From: Blasia pusilla
Taxonomy: Eukaryota
Length of the DNA: 64,000 nucleotides
Assembly: GCA_050084515.1 (NCBI GenBank)
Contig: CM114271.1
Span: 33,914,001 to 33,978,000, forward strand
Direction of reading: 5' to 3'
This document shows positions 53,188 to 64,000 of this stretch, piece by piece. Numbering within the stretch: position 1 is the first letter of the stretch; each line of letters begins with the position of its first letter. Position numbers and translations under genes: made by a program. A model generated the notes under the pieces. The model was given only the letters and a program-made list of their open reading frames with translations, was not told the origin of the DNA and ran no database searches.

Positions 53188-53218
<31 letters not shown>
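53152..53218. repeat. Interrupted (GA)n tract next to the first exon (possible BPC/GAGA-factor site)
   Basis: GA repeat immediately upstream of the putative exon 1. Confidence 0.8.
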
Positions 53219-53413
53219 GTCGTGAATATGGCGGCGTTGCTTGTGGCGTTGTTTTTCATCGTGCCACCGCAGGTGTTTTTATTTCCAGTGGCACAGAAGT
53301 GCTCTGTCATTCTTCCTGTGTTACCGGTGTCGTGGTCCCATCCCCTGTCCTCACTTTTCTCCTGTGCGTACCTCGTGTCTTTCTATGGACGAGCACAAGA
53401 AGGGGTTCACAAA

Positions 53414-53481
53414 ATGCGAGCCAACATGGTCGTCCCCCACATCGCCAAGAGCTATGGGCGAAGCTCGCAGCTCTCCAACCG
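53414..53481 (+). CDS. TMEM131-like protein, probable exon 1 (in-frame upstream ATG at 53228 is an alternative start)
   Basis: MRANMVVPHIAKSYGRSSQLSN-cg|GTGAGT strong donor, phase 2, matching the phase-2 acceptor ttgcag| at 55758. Confidence 0.6.
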
Positions 53482-55758
53482 GTGAGTGAGATTGAGAATG
53501 CGTATCCATGATGGTCATCCCTTTTTGTTGTCTCAGAAGAATGTGTGATTGAAGGCTTCGGCTGCAGCTTCCAGCGTTACCACCATACTTGTGCTTGTTA
53601 AGTGGATAGAGTTCCGTTCCCGTTGGGTGAAAGCTCTCATAACATTCATGGGTACTTTCATCTTCTTCTGGGCCATAGCGGGGACGGGAAAGACGGCTGT
53701 CCTTCACTTGGCACGAGAAAAGTGGCGTAGGCAGAGAGAAGGAGTGCTCGCGGAAACTCCTTCTCATCATAGAATTCCCTAGCATCTAGAAGCTGAGCTT
53801 CGTAGCGTCTTCTATGAATTGGTCGAAACCCTGTAGAGATTCATCACCTGAGACTCTTCCCGTGGGCGGCGCTGCCCATCCGACCAAACGTCAGAGGAAT
53901 TCGGGGAGAGGCTCTCCAGTATCAGCTAGGTCAGTACATCAGCATCTGGAAGTCCACTGGAAGGAGTAGATATGTTTAGAGGTTGGCAAATATACAAGGG
54001 CACCTGCCTCACTCGTAGGGATTATGAGGAAGTGGCATCAAATATAGTCCATTCAAAGCACCCCGTTCCCCCTCGTTGAATGCTCACACCGGAATGTGGG
54101 AAGACCTCCTGGATGCGTGTGGGTGTTCATGGGTCAAAATTTTCATGGTTTCGTCGACGATCTTGCTGGCAAGGCTTGACCAAATCTTGATCTTCTTGAC
54201 TGGGGATTCTCGTCATGGCAACTAGTTACTGCTGGATAAGATCTGGCACCTGTGACGTTACGAAGCGACTAGTTTGACTACCGAGAACTGCAGGACTTCG
54301 TTCAGCTCCGGTCTCGTCGCTCACTGCGTGCGAGCGAACGGGAAGAGGAATGAGCAGACTGGTTTGCGGAGCTAATTAGTCTGGTGTTTTAGAGTAACCT
54401 GGAAACACACACACCCACCCATACCCACACTCTCACGCTGGGTTGAAATTTCGAAACGTGAGGTGGTGTGGTTCAATTTCAAGAATCTTCAAGAGAGAGC
54501 GAGAGAGACGGACAGTCAAAGTGAGCTTGGGAAGGAAAGATTAGATGGGGTCCTCCTCTATGAAGGCATTTTGAGAACGTGACCGGACACGCGACCTCAA
54601 CGACCAGATAACATCGCTCATGGAGGATGTCGATGCCTCAGTGGATGGTCGTAGACAGAGGCAGCTGTGTTGGGCGCAGGTTTCAGAGGGAGCTCAGCGC
54701 GACCGACGATTTTCGCCTACGTTACAGCTGCTGCGGGGGGCTCCCGTCCATAATCTACCCTGACATAGGGACTAATCCAATGCCGCTCTTCAGCGGCTTC
54801 AGGGTTTTTGACGCTGAAGGAGTGACTGATTCCGATTCCTTCGCTGGACATTTCCTGAGAGGCCGCCCATAATCAGCACGCAGGGACGAGCTCCGGCGGG
54901 TTAGGAACTGCGGTCAAGGCCTTATCCTCGTCACGACTGAGGTCGAAAACAGGGCTCTGAGAGTGGGATTTGTTTTGAGTGGGCAATCTCGGACTTCATT
55001 AAAGGGCACCGATGCATTCGAGCCAAGAAATCCTTATGAATCGTTTTCTGTCCAGACATAGATAACATCCATGGCTCGGATCCGGGCCCAGCTTTGCCGC
55101 CACTTTAGTCTAGGGAGGGCCGAACCCAATGTCGACTATCAGTGGCCGGAGCCAGTGTACTGGAAAGCTGCCTGCGGGTGCCTTTCTGCAAGGAGGTCTG
55201 TTCGACGCTTCACTACCCTTCAGAGTTCATATGAAACAGGCTACCTAAGGCAGGCAATAAGACACGTTTACGCTCGGATTGCAGCATTTGTTATTTCGTT
55301 ACATAGTTGACTACATTTAATTCGTAGTCAGGCCATCGGATGGTGGGCGAAAATGGGACGAGTCAAGATGGCGTCGTTGGCTGTCCTTCGTAATCGTCCT
55401 ATCCTCTGCTTAAACCTCACTCGCTTGAAGGAAAGTTAGGCTTTCGTGGAATGACGTTCTTCTACATAACGAGGGTTCCTCCTTTCTGACTGTCTGTCAA
55501 GTCTCTGGATTGTTGTCGCACTTCACCAATTAAAGGCGTTGAGCTGAAATGCACTGAAGAACAGGTTCTGTGGAGGTCATGCACAGCCGTTTTGAGATGA
55601 CTGGTGACCTCCTTTTCGCTAAATTCGATCCAACGCAGTAGGAAGATTCAGTTGCGACTGTAGGGTTTAGAGTCCCTCAAGTCTATCTGAAACTGGATCT
55701 CTAAGACAGTTCGCTCTTGTTGTGATCTACACTAACATGGTGCTTTTCTATGTTGCAG

Positions 55759-57685
55759 TGGCAGGTCGTGGTGGTGCTGCTGGCAGGCTCCTCGAGGCAG
55801 CCAATTAATGCTACTATTTATCTCATGGTCTCTTCTTCTGCTCCTCCTAGGCATGCCCTGCCTAACGCGGGGGGCCAGTGACTTGTCAAGGGCAGACCCA
55901 CCATTGAAGGACTTGGAAGATGATCTCAAAGGAAGCAAGGACACTGATCGTTTCCTTCAGGGATCTGGAATTTCTGGGAGACGCCACAAGCATGGAGAGC
56001 CTCCACCTGGAAGAGTAGACCAAGACTCATTGGGAAAGCCGCCTGAGCTGAATGGACAAGAAGCTCCTCCACAACATGATAGTCTGGTGGCAGGTGATTT
56101 AGGTGTCAGACAAGTGCCAAATTTAGAGGGCAATGCAGGTGGAACCAAACGAGGGGAAGGTGGAGTAAAACCGGCAAATTCAGCCTATAGGACCATAGAA
56201 AGAGTGCATTTTGGTACTCTGATCAGGGATTGTCTAAAAGTAAAATGTTCTCCCTTTACAAGATTCGATCTTAAGCAGCCTTCTTTGGATAAAGCTCCTC
56301 CACTTCCTGCAAAATTGGGGTCTCCTACATTTCAAGGTCCTGTGTCGTCCCTACCCCATGTGGATATTATCCCACCATTTTTGGAATGGGGTTCACAGCC
56401 GATGTTTGCGCCTTCAGTTGCATCTCTGACCGTGGTGAATACTTGTAACAGCACTGGCTTGAAAGTTTTCCAGCCATTCAGTACTGATGCCCAGTTTTAC
56501 ACCTTTGGATTTGAAGAGAAAGATGTTGATCCAGGTGGTGAACTCTCCATACCTATTGTTTTCTTGCCCAGGACACTCGGGGTAGCTGAAGCTATGCTCA
56601 TCGTTCAAACCAGTGCTGGTGGATTTCTGGTCCAGACTTTGGGTAGGGGTATTGGATCCCCTTATAAAGTGCACCCATTGCAGGGACTCCGAGTGGCTTC
56701 TGGTGAAACTCTGCGACATACGATCACTCTTCATAATCCTCATGATGAAGTCCTCAGGGTTGGTGAAGTGTATGCATGGCCAGCTGATACAGATGATTCC
56801 TCTGTATCTGATTCAAGTACTGGTGTTGAAGGTGGTCCATGTGAAAGGGGATCTGGTTTATCCAATGGCATGTCGCATTGTGTGTACAAAGTGGAAGGTG
56901 GATTGCTTCAACTGACGAGTGAGCAGAGAGGGCTCAAGGGTGTAAATGGTGGAGCGGCTGTGATCCAAATGAGGTTACAAGGGCAGCGTGATGTTGGTCC
57001 TCATTCCAGCATTCCGATAGCAGAATTTGAATTTTCAGCCTTGATAGCTGATAGATATTCTGGGTCCTTGCACATCAGGCTGTCACGGGATACTACTTCA
57101 AAATCTGATGACGTTTTGATCCTTCCGATAGATGTTCAGGTAGGGGATATGAGAGGGGATACTCCACGGGTCGAGCCAGTGCCTGATGTGCTTGAGTTTG
57201 GTATACTAACTAAAGAAGACCAAGCGAGCACAATGGCTGTAACTTTGTATAATTCTGGTAGAGAAGCAATCCAGGTGGAAGAAATTTCTGTACTTTTAGA
57301 AGATAAGAATATAGCTGACATAGAATACTCAAAAGATCTTGTATTGCGTCCAAATAGTGAAACGGAGGTTGCCATAGTGACATACAGAGCAAGAGAAGAA
57401 ACAGTTCCTTCAGGTGTATTTGAGTGCCACCCTCGAGAGTTAATGGGGAACCGGAAGCTCATTGTGAGAACAAACAGTTCAGCGAGCCCCGAAGTGGAGG
57501 TTCCCTATCGAGCACTCGTGTTTTATGGTTCTGTGGACTGTCAGCCTTCTCAGGGATCTGTTCAATTTATACCTCGAAGCAGTGATGAAGGTGGTGATGT
57601 GTTGCTAGCAATGGAGAGTGATTCGTACAGGGAACCGCGTATCCAGTGTGCCAATGGTCTCAGTGTGCCACTACCCTTATTTAAG
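55759..57685 (+). CDS. TMEM131: TMEM131-like protein, exon 2 (signal-like segment, N-terminal TMEM131/DUF3651 Ig-like domains)
   Basis: Hydrophobic LLFISWSLLLLLLGMPC; PPFLEWG..PSVASLTVVNTC..PFSTDAQFY..IPIVFLPRTLG..AMLIVQTSAGGFLVQ..G.G..SPY is typical of plant TMEM131-like proteins; donor aag|gtcag, phase 0. Confidence 0.88.
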
Positions 57686-57976
57686 GTCAGCAAATAACTC
57701 TTTTTATTTCGATGAAGTTGTGGTAATTGTGCAGCAGAGATATCCATGCTTTTTCGTTTCGTGATTGGGAGATGAAGACTATGTAGCCGGATTGTGCAGC
57801 AGAAATATGGTGTAGCTCATCGTTTTCATCTAATTCACAGTGTGGGTGTGTAAGAAAATGGAATCGGTATGGGGCCAGTTGAAGTCACATGAAAATAGAT
57901 TTCTGCATGTTCTGAAGTAGGATGAGGAGTTTTCTTTCGAGTAATCAATCGTTCTGATTTGACTGCTCTCATGCAG

Positions 57977-58604
57977 GATTTGGAAAGGAGGGCTCAGGTT
58001 TTGTCGCAGCTGGATACAGAGGTGTTTCCAATACTAGAAACCCTGTATGGTGTGTGCTGCCACGAAATTTCAGCGGGGCAATCATCCATCCTTGTACAGA
58101 CTGAGCTGATGTATCCTCTGGTGCAGATTGGCACCGAAGAGTCACACTGGTTGAATGTGACCAACCCTAGCGAAAGTCCTGTGCACGTGCAAGTAATTGT
58201 GGGCTCGGAAGCAGAAGCTAGTGATCGATCATGCAAGCATGGAAGCCTGTATCGTGGAGATCCAGGGTGCTCTCCAGGGACTGCATCTGACGTCTCAAAT
58301 GGAAAGTTCACATGCCAAATGTCGGACAAGTCGAGTGATGTCTTCTCTTTAGGAGAAGGAGCTGTTGGTGAAATGGTGCTCGACGCTCATGGCACAGTGT
58401 CTCTTGGTCCAGTGATTTTCAGGCCAACGGAGCGATGTTTATGGACTGGTCTTTTGTCCGTCCTAAACAACTTGACGACAGTCGAATGGGTTCCACTGCA
58501 AGGCTCTGGAGGGTCTGGGAGCCTCACGTTCCTAGACGGAGACTACCCAATTGACCTAGTGCAGCTTGACTTCAATGCCACCCAGCTGCCTCCGATCATT
58601 TCTG
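57977..58604 (+). CDS. TMEM131: TMEM131-like protein, exon 3
   Basis: Acceptor atgcag|, phase 0; YPLVQIG..SHWLNVTNPS..PV, LGPVIFRP..C.W...NNLT.VEW.PL.G.GG; donor g|gtagg, phase 1. Confidence 0.88.
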
Positions 58605-58718
58605 GTAGGGTTGGCTTGCTATTACGATTTTCGTCTGAGTGATCCTCTTCGCCTCTTTGAACATTCTCATCGTAGTTTCTTGGCTTTTTTTTCTGATCGC
58701 GGCGGTTGTTCGTTGCAG

Positions 58719-61699
58719 GTGTACTCGAGGAGCAGGCCGCAGGGTTCTTAGATCCCAAGAAAGCCAGGGCAGTGTGTTCACAACGTGTTTCAAGGAGTTT
58801 CTTCGCGAAGAACAGTGGAGATGTTCATCTGGACGTCAAAGCAGTGGAACTCGTCGGAGGTGGATGTTCCGCGTGGGGTTTTGAAGTGGATTCGTGTGAA
58901 GGATTTTTGTTGGCACCAGGGCAAAGCGCAGAGCTCCACGTCTCATACCAGCCAGACTTCACCGCGAGAGTGTTTCAAAGAGACTTGCAACTCATCACAT
59001 CAGCTGGCGTCGTCCAGATCCCACTGGTGGCAAAATTAGCTCGGCACATCTTACCCTTGTGTTCGGATTCTGCCCAATCCACATTTTGGGAAAGAGCTTT
59101 TCTGAGCCTGTCAATCGTGGCGCTCGTTATGGTTTTGGGAGTCTTCTTCCGAATGCTGGTGCAGGAAATGTCACAATCTCAGGATCAGGATTCTTCCAAG
59201 TCCGGGCCCCAGTTGAAAGTTCAAGGTCGCCAGATCTCCCCGATCCTCTTTTCGCCCACTCACACTGTTTTGGTCACTAAGACGAGCAACTCCGTCGTGG
59301 TTCCCGGGCGTTTACGATCGAGTTGCGCCGAGCCGGAGGTCCAGTCGCGTACCGGGGATGGGACCGGCGCCAGCGGTCCAGGGAGACCGAAAGAAGCTAT
59401 GAAGGGATTCGTCCGAGCATTGAGGGGAATCGGATCACTGAGCCCTAAGGGAGGAGACAGTCCTGCAGCCACCATCGCCGTCGGACCAGCAGCCGTGGGC
59501 TCCGAAGGGATCAAGCCAGAGCAGACGACACCTCCTCCGTCCGGCCTCCCCGCCCTCAGAGTGAATGTCCCAATTCCCGCGACGTCGAGTACATCCAAAT
59601 CGAATTCGGGAAGCCCCATGAAGGAAGCGCTCAGTCCATCGAGCACCGCCGTTCGGAGAGGGGTGGTGGTGGCGGAGAAGAAGAGTCATGTCGCTGGCCC
59701 GGATGTCGTCCGAGCGAAGGTCGAGGTCGATGTCGGAGTTCTGGAGGAGAGCATGCCGATGCTGGCAGGAAAGAAATCGCCGGCTGTGAAGTCTCCCAAA
59801 TCGGGAGTTTGTACCAGTAGTAGTAGCTCGACCGTCAGCAAGCAAGCGGAGGGAGACGAGCAAGCGTGCGAATCGCCAGTCAACCCCGGTTTGCCGACAG
59901 GCTCACCTCTGAGATCTCCTCGGAAAGGAAACCAGCAGTTCAATCAGCAGCAGCAGCCCAGGCAGCTCATCTCACCGAAATGGCAGCCCCCGTCCCCGTC
60001 CCCGACTCCGACTCCGCAGCTGCCTTCCATCGGCGCAGCTGCAGCGGACAAAGGGAAGCGGAAGAAGCGAAGAAGCAACGTCGGCGCAGTCAAGCTCGAG
60101 TCCGTCTCCAAGGGACGCAGCGGCAGCTCATCGCCTTCGTCCTCCCCGGCGTCTCCCGCGACGCCCGCCAGTCCCTCCAGACCGGTCAGTCCCCTGCTGC
60201 ACCCGGACGCCGTCGTCGCCAACAGTAACGTGCCCCCACCCTTGTCCTCCGGATTGTCCAACTTCAGAGGCGGCCTGGGAGCGCCGCGACTCAGCAGCGT
60301 CACGCCGCTGTCCAAGCTCGACGTGGACGTGGAGCGCCGGGGCTGCCCGGGGGGGAAAGCCGGTCACGGGATGCTCCACAAGCAGCAGCAGCCCGCCAAC
60401 TCTCAGATCTACCGGCGGAGCGAGAGCTTGAGCGTGGACGTGGCCAGTACGGCTCTGCGGGAGATGGCCAAAGCGACGGATCTGAGCTGGTCCAGTCTAT
60501 CCGGGAAGGGAGCGAGTCCGGGTGACAGGCCCGGCGAGGGATCGGCGACGGGAGGACGGCGAGCCGCTTCGTCCAAGGACTGGGCGTCGGTCGCGAGCAG
60601 GGCGACGGCGACTGCGGCCGATGTATCATCCTCGGCGGCTGCAAAGGCGGCGGAGGACGGCCCTGCCGGCGACGGGAACTGGGGGAGGGAGTGGATGGCG
60701 AGCAACGCACTTGGAGCCGGCGGCGCGGGCCCCGTGCTCACTCCTTCCGCCACTTTCCCTCGCAGACATGATCGAGGATCCGGAAGTTGGACCTTCCCGG
60801 CCCCTCCGGAGGACGATCACGACTGGGCCAAGAGCCCTGGCTCTTCCGCTCCTCTGGTGGTGCCCGTATCCACCATCCCACCCGCGGCTAGAGCACCGGG
60901 CGCTAGGATCGCGAAGTCCGCTCCGGATGAATCCAACCAGCCGTCGGCGGTCGCCGGGGCTGGAGCACGGGCTCGGCTTAGGGATTTTGCGGAGGAGGGA
61001 GGAAGCGGCAGTTGGGACCTCTTTTTTGACCGCAACGGTCCCGCGGGATTGGCCGGGTTGAAAGTGGACGGCCGGGAGTACGACATCTGGGGAGACCACT
61101 TCGGCGAAATTAGTCGCTGCGCGTCCCCGCAGATCGGGCCGATTCGTCACGCGCCGCTTAGGGAGGAGGCCGCCTTCCGAAGCCGTCCCGCGCTGGATAC
61201 CACCCCCAGCTTCTTCTCCTCCTTCGCACAACCCAATTTCCCCGGCGCCGACACCCGCGTGCACGGCCGTTCCTTAGCCGCCTCCGCCGCCGCCGCGGCT
61301 GCTGCTGCTGCTGCTGCCGCTACCACCGCTTCCTCTGCCGGCTTCTCCGTGTTCTCCCAGGCGCCGAACCCGGGCCACATCGAAGCTCTCCGGCAGCCGT
61401 CGACGTTTCTCAGCTGTCCCGGCGTTTTCCCTCCTCGGCAGTCGGCCTTCGCCGATGGCGCGGGTCCCTCGAGCTTCGCCAGGAGCGGCGGCACCCCCGG
61501 GCCGGGATTCGCTGGCAAGCTGCCGGGGTCTCCGAGGAAAGTGAGGGGCCCCTATTCTCCTCCTCTGGGACCGTCGCTCATGTCCAACGAATCATCTGCG
61601 CCTCTGCTGCCCGACGCTGCCACCGACACGTCATGCTCGTACTGGTCCAGTAGCAACTTACAGGAAGCCTTCACGACACCCGCGCACTCGCGAGGATAG
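58719..61699 (+). CDS. TMEM131: TMEM131-like protein, exon 4 (last Ig-like domain, TM helix, long S/P/A-rich cytoplasmic tail)
   Basis: Acceptor ttgcag|, phase 1; FAKNSGD..C..WGF.V..C.GF.L.PG.S..L.VSYQPDFT...RDLQL; TM AFLSLSIVALVMVLGVFF; basic KGKRKKRR; EYDIWGDHF motif; stop at 61697-61699. The four exons sum to 5604 nt (1867 aa). Confidence 0.9.
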
Positions 61700-61969
61700 A
61701 TTTCTGCCGAGCTGGACGCTGGAGCTTATGCTGAGCTGGAGATGTAGGCTTGAATGCGTAGGCTTTGGGGATTCTTACCATTCTGTGTATCTTTACGTCA
61801 ACCTTTCCATCCATCCATGGATGCCCCCGGTTGTCCACATTCCCCCTATAAGACAACTGAAATTTCAAGCGTTTTCTCCGTTTTAACTAGGAATGAATGT
61901 ATTGACATTGACTCCTTCATCTTTGCCTCTTCTGTCTCTCCACCTCCATCCATCCACACTTCCTCAATT

Positions 61970-61970
<1 letters not shown>

Positions 61971-61998
<28 letters not shown>
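61971..61998. repeat. (AG)14 microsatellite downstream of the gene
   Basis: Pure AG run. Confidence 0.95.
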
Positions 61999-62000
<2 letters not shown>

Positions 62001-63563
62001 GCTTGAAGAATTTGCGCGGGGCCGTGCAAATATGTTCTCAAACCTCATCCGGGCTGCAGGCACTGTTTCGTGGATCTCGGCCGTGAAACGGTGTGATCTC
62101 TCATCTGATGGTTTACTCACTAGATTGCTTGCTTGCTTCCATGCCTGCAAGAAACTCAAGGCTGACTTCTCAGTTGCATTGCAGATGGAAAGATGAGATT
62201 CAAGGATCACTCAAGATATAGGTGAAACCTACTGAATTATGCCTTTGGGACAATTTGCCTGTGACTATCACCCTTGGAGGTGAATAAGTGGTTTCCGGTT
62301 TCCACCATCAACTGCTGAAGGGTTGTTACCCACTAATGGTGGTACCACCTGCAATCCCCACAAATGGCCCTTTTATCTTGAAAATTGTGGAGGGGCCTTT
62401 TCCATCTGCAATTCTAGGGACGAACCTTGGGAAGCGCATCACTGCTCCTTTCAGAAAAGAAATTAGAGAATTGTACTATTTAATGCCTTGGTTCATGGAG
62501 TACAGATTCCATGGTTTATGTGACACTTGGTTGGGGAGGGAGCAGGCCGTCTCAAGGGTAGTCATATACACAATAAAGGGGAAGGGAAATGGAGAATCCT
62601 ATGGAGGACAAGAAAGTAAGTCACAAAATAAGAAAATGAAAAGGTTGGAAAAAAATAATTTTGGATGTCTAAGTTGAGTTACATGATTCGCCTGGACAGA
62701 ATTTCGAAACAAAATACGGAAAAGCATCCCTATAATGGGCAGTTTGTTTTATGGGAGTGCCAATACCTAAACGGAAAATGTTGGTTGTGTTTGGCCTCGA
62801 AGAAGTTGTTCAAGATAGCTCTATCTTCAAGATAAATGCCTTTAAGTCTTTCGATTGGTAGCAGTTGAGAATCTATTTGTCGTTAAAGACGATTGGAGAT
62901 TGATGTGGTGTTTATTTTCCACTTGTGACCATAGTTGTATTTCCCACGTATGTAGAATGGTATAAGCCCCATAATAGTTTTAAAATAAATAAATTATGGC
63001 TATCCAAACTGCATACAATTTGCACTTGGACATGCACTGAGGATTTGCCATTCTTTCTTCCAAAGTAACCCTAATGAAGTAGCATGCCCAAAATATTCAT
63101 TAGTACCCCAAAACACAAGACCAAATTCTTAATTGAAATCCAAAGTGTAATGTGTTTCGTGGATATATTCTCTTTGTCTTTTCTTTTCCCACTAGCACCA
63201 AGGGTTGGAAAAGGAAAACCATATCTTCTTTGAGGCAGACAATAGGTCATCTCTTTGGAAGCCAACCACTTGCTAAGTCCATAAACGATGTGATTCTTGA
63301 ATTCCCCATGAAATTTTCTTTTCAATTTTTTCTCATCCATGTTTGCTTTGAATTATGCTTCTTAGTTTTACTTTGGAAAATTTCATCCTTTTCATGAAAA
63401 AAAAAGAAATTTTAGAAATTTAATAACCTATGAGGTAATATTTTGTAAGGTTAAGAACTCCATGGATGATAGAATTGTACATACTTGAGTGTAAAGGGGA
63501 AAAAAGCACCATCGGAGAAAAGGCAAGGGAAGGGAGAACCCTTGAAGTAAGAAACAAGGGGAT

Positions 63564-64000
63564 TGTCGCGACCCTCATGACCAAACAAATGCCAAGCGGA
63601 ACATCGGAACATTAACAAGCTCACGCTAAGATGGTTTGCGCGTTGGAGTAGTCTCGAAGAAGAAACAAGAGACGAGACGCGAGCGAGGCTTCACATTTCA
63701 GATGTTTGGTGGACCGAGAAACGTGGACCAAACGGAATAAGACTTGAAAGGAGTTGAGTCTAGAAAGTGGGTTGCCAAAAGGAAGAATCCGGATTTGGAA
63801 TGCCACTAGCGTTTGAGAGTTTTAGATTGTATTTATAACCATAACTTTTAGCGCCGAGATGCGTTTGGATTAAAAAAGGGTGTGTTGGAAGGCTTATGGA
63901 AAGCCGGTTCAAACGCACTAAAGATCTCTGCAAACGCATAAGCAGCAGCTGAGAAACTACCCGGAAACGATTGTAAGTGGAGTTGGGTTGAGGGCCACAA
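63564..64000 (+). mobile_element. LTR family B copy, truncated by the window end
   Basis: Starts tgtcgcgaccctcatgaccaaac; collinear with 2976-~3440 (gagttgagtctag, aaacgcactaaagatc, gagttg..ttgaggg). Confidence 0.88.

Noticed and set aside
53549-53782. ORF containing a P-loop-like AGTGKT
   Set aside because: Short, non-ATG start, inside intron 1, no other NTPase motifs.
59260-61518. Many overlapping antisense and alternative-frame ORFs
   Set aside because: Expected shadow ORFs of a GC-rich coding exon.

Overview
Eukaryotic, plant-like nuclear DNA; a non-seed land plant is my guess, not something the sequence proves. The first ~49 kb is a nested cluster of mostly decayed transposons. It holds several Ty3/Gypsy (chromovirus-type) retroelements, solo LTRs of two families (two with perfect 5-bp target-site duplications), and a complete ~11.3 kb Mutator-like (MULE) DNA transposon (12810-24150; ~85-bp TIRs, 8-bp TSD). 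The MULE carries a SWIM-finger transposase pseudogene plus two convergent spliced accessory genes. There is also an ~8 kb Helitron with a RepHel pseudogene and a spliced cargo gene, and a CACTA-like fragment. The only clearly intact host gene is a 4-exon TMEM131-like gene (~53414-61699, +, ~1867 aa). The most intriguing unexplained feature is a CpG-rich ~330-nt segment (12221-12550) between a TATA box and a T-run. By eye it folds into a nested multi-helix structure and matches no plant ncRNA I recognise. All calls come from manual reading; no searches were run.
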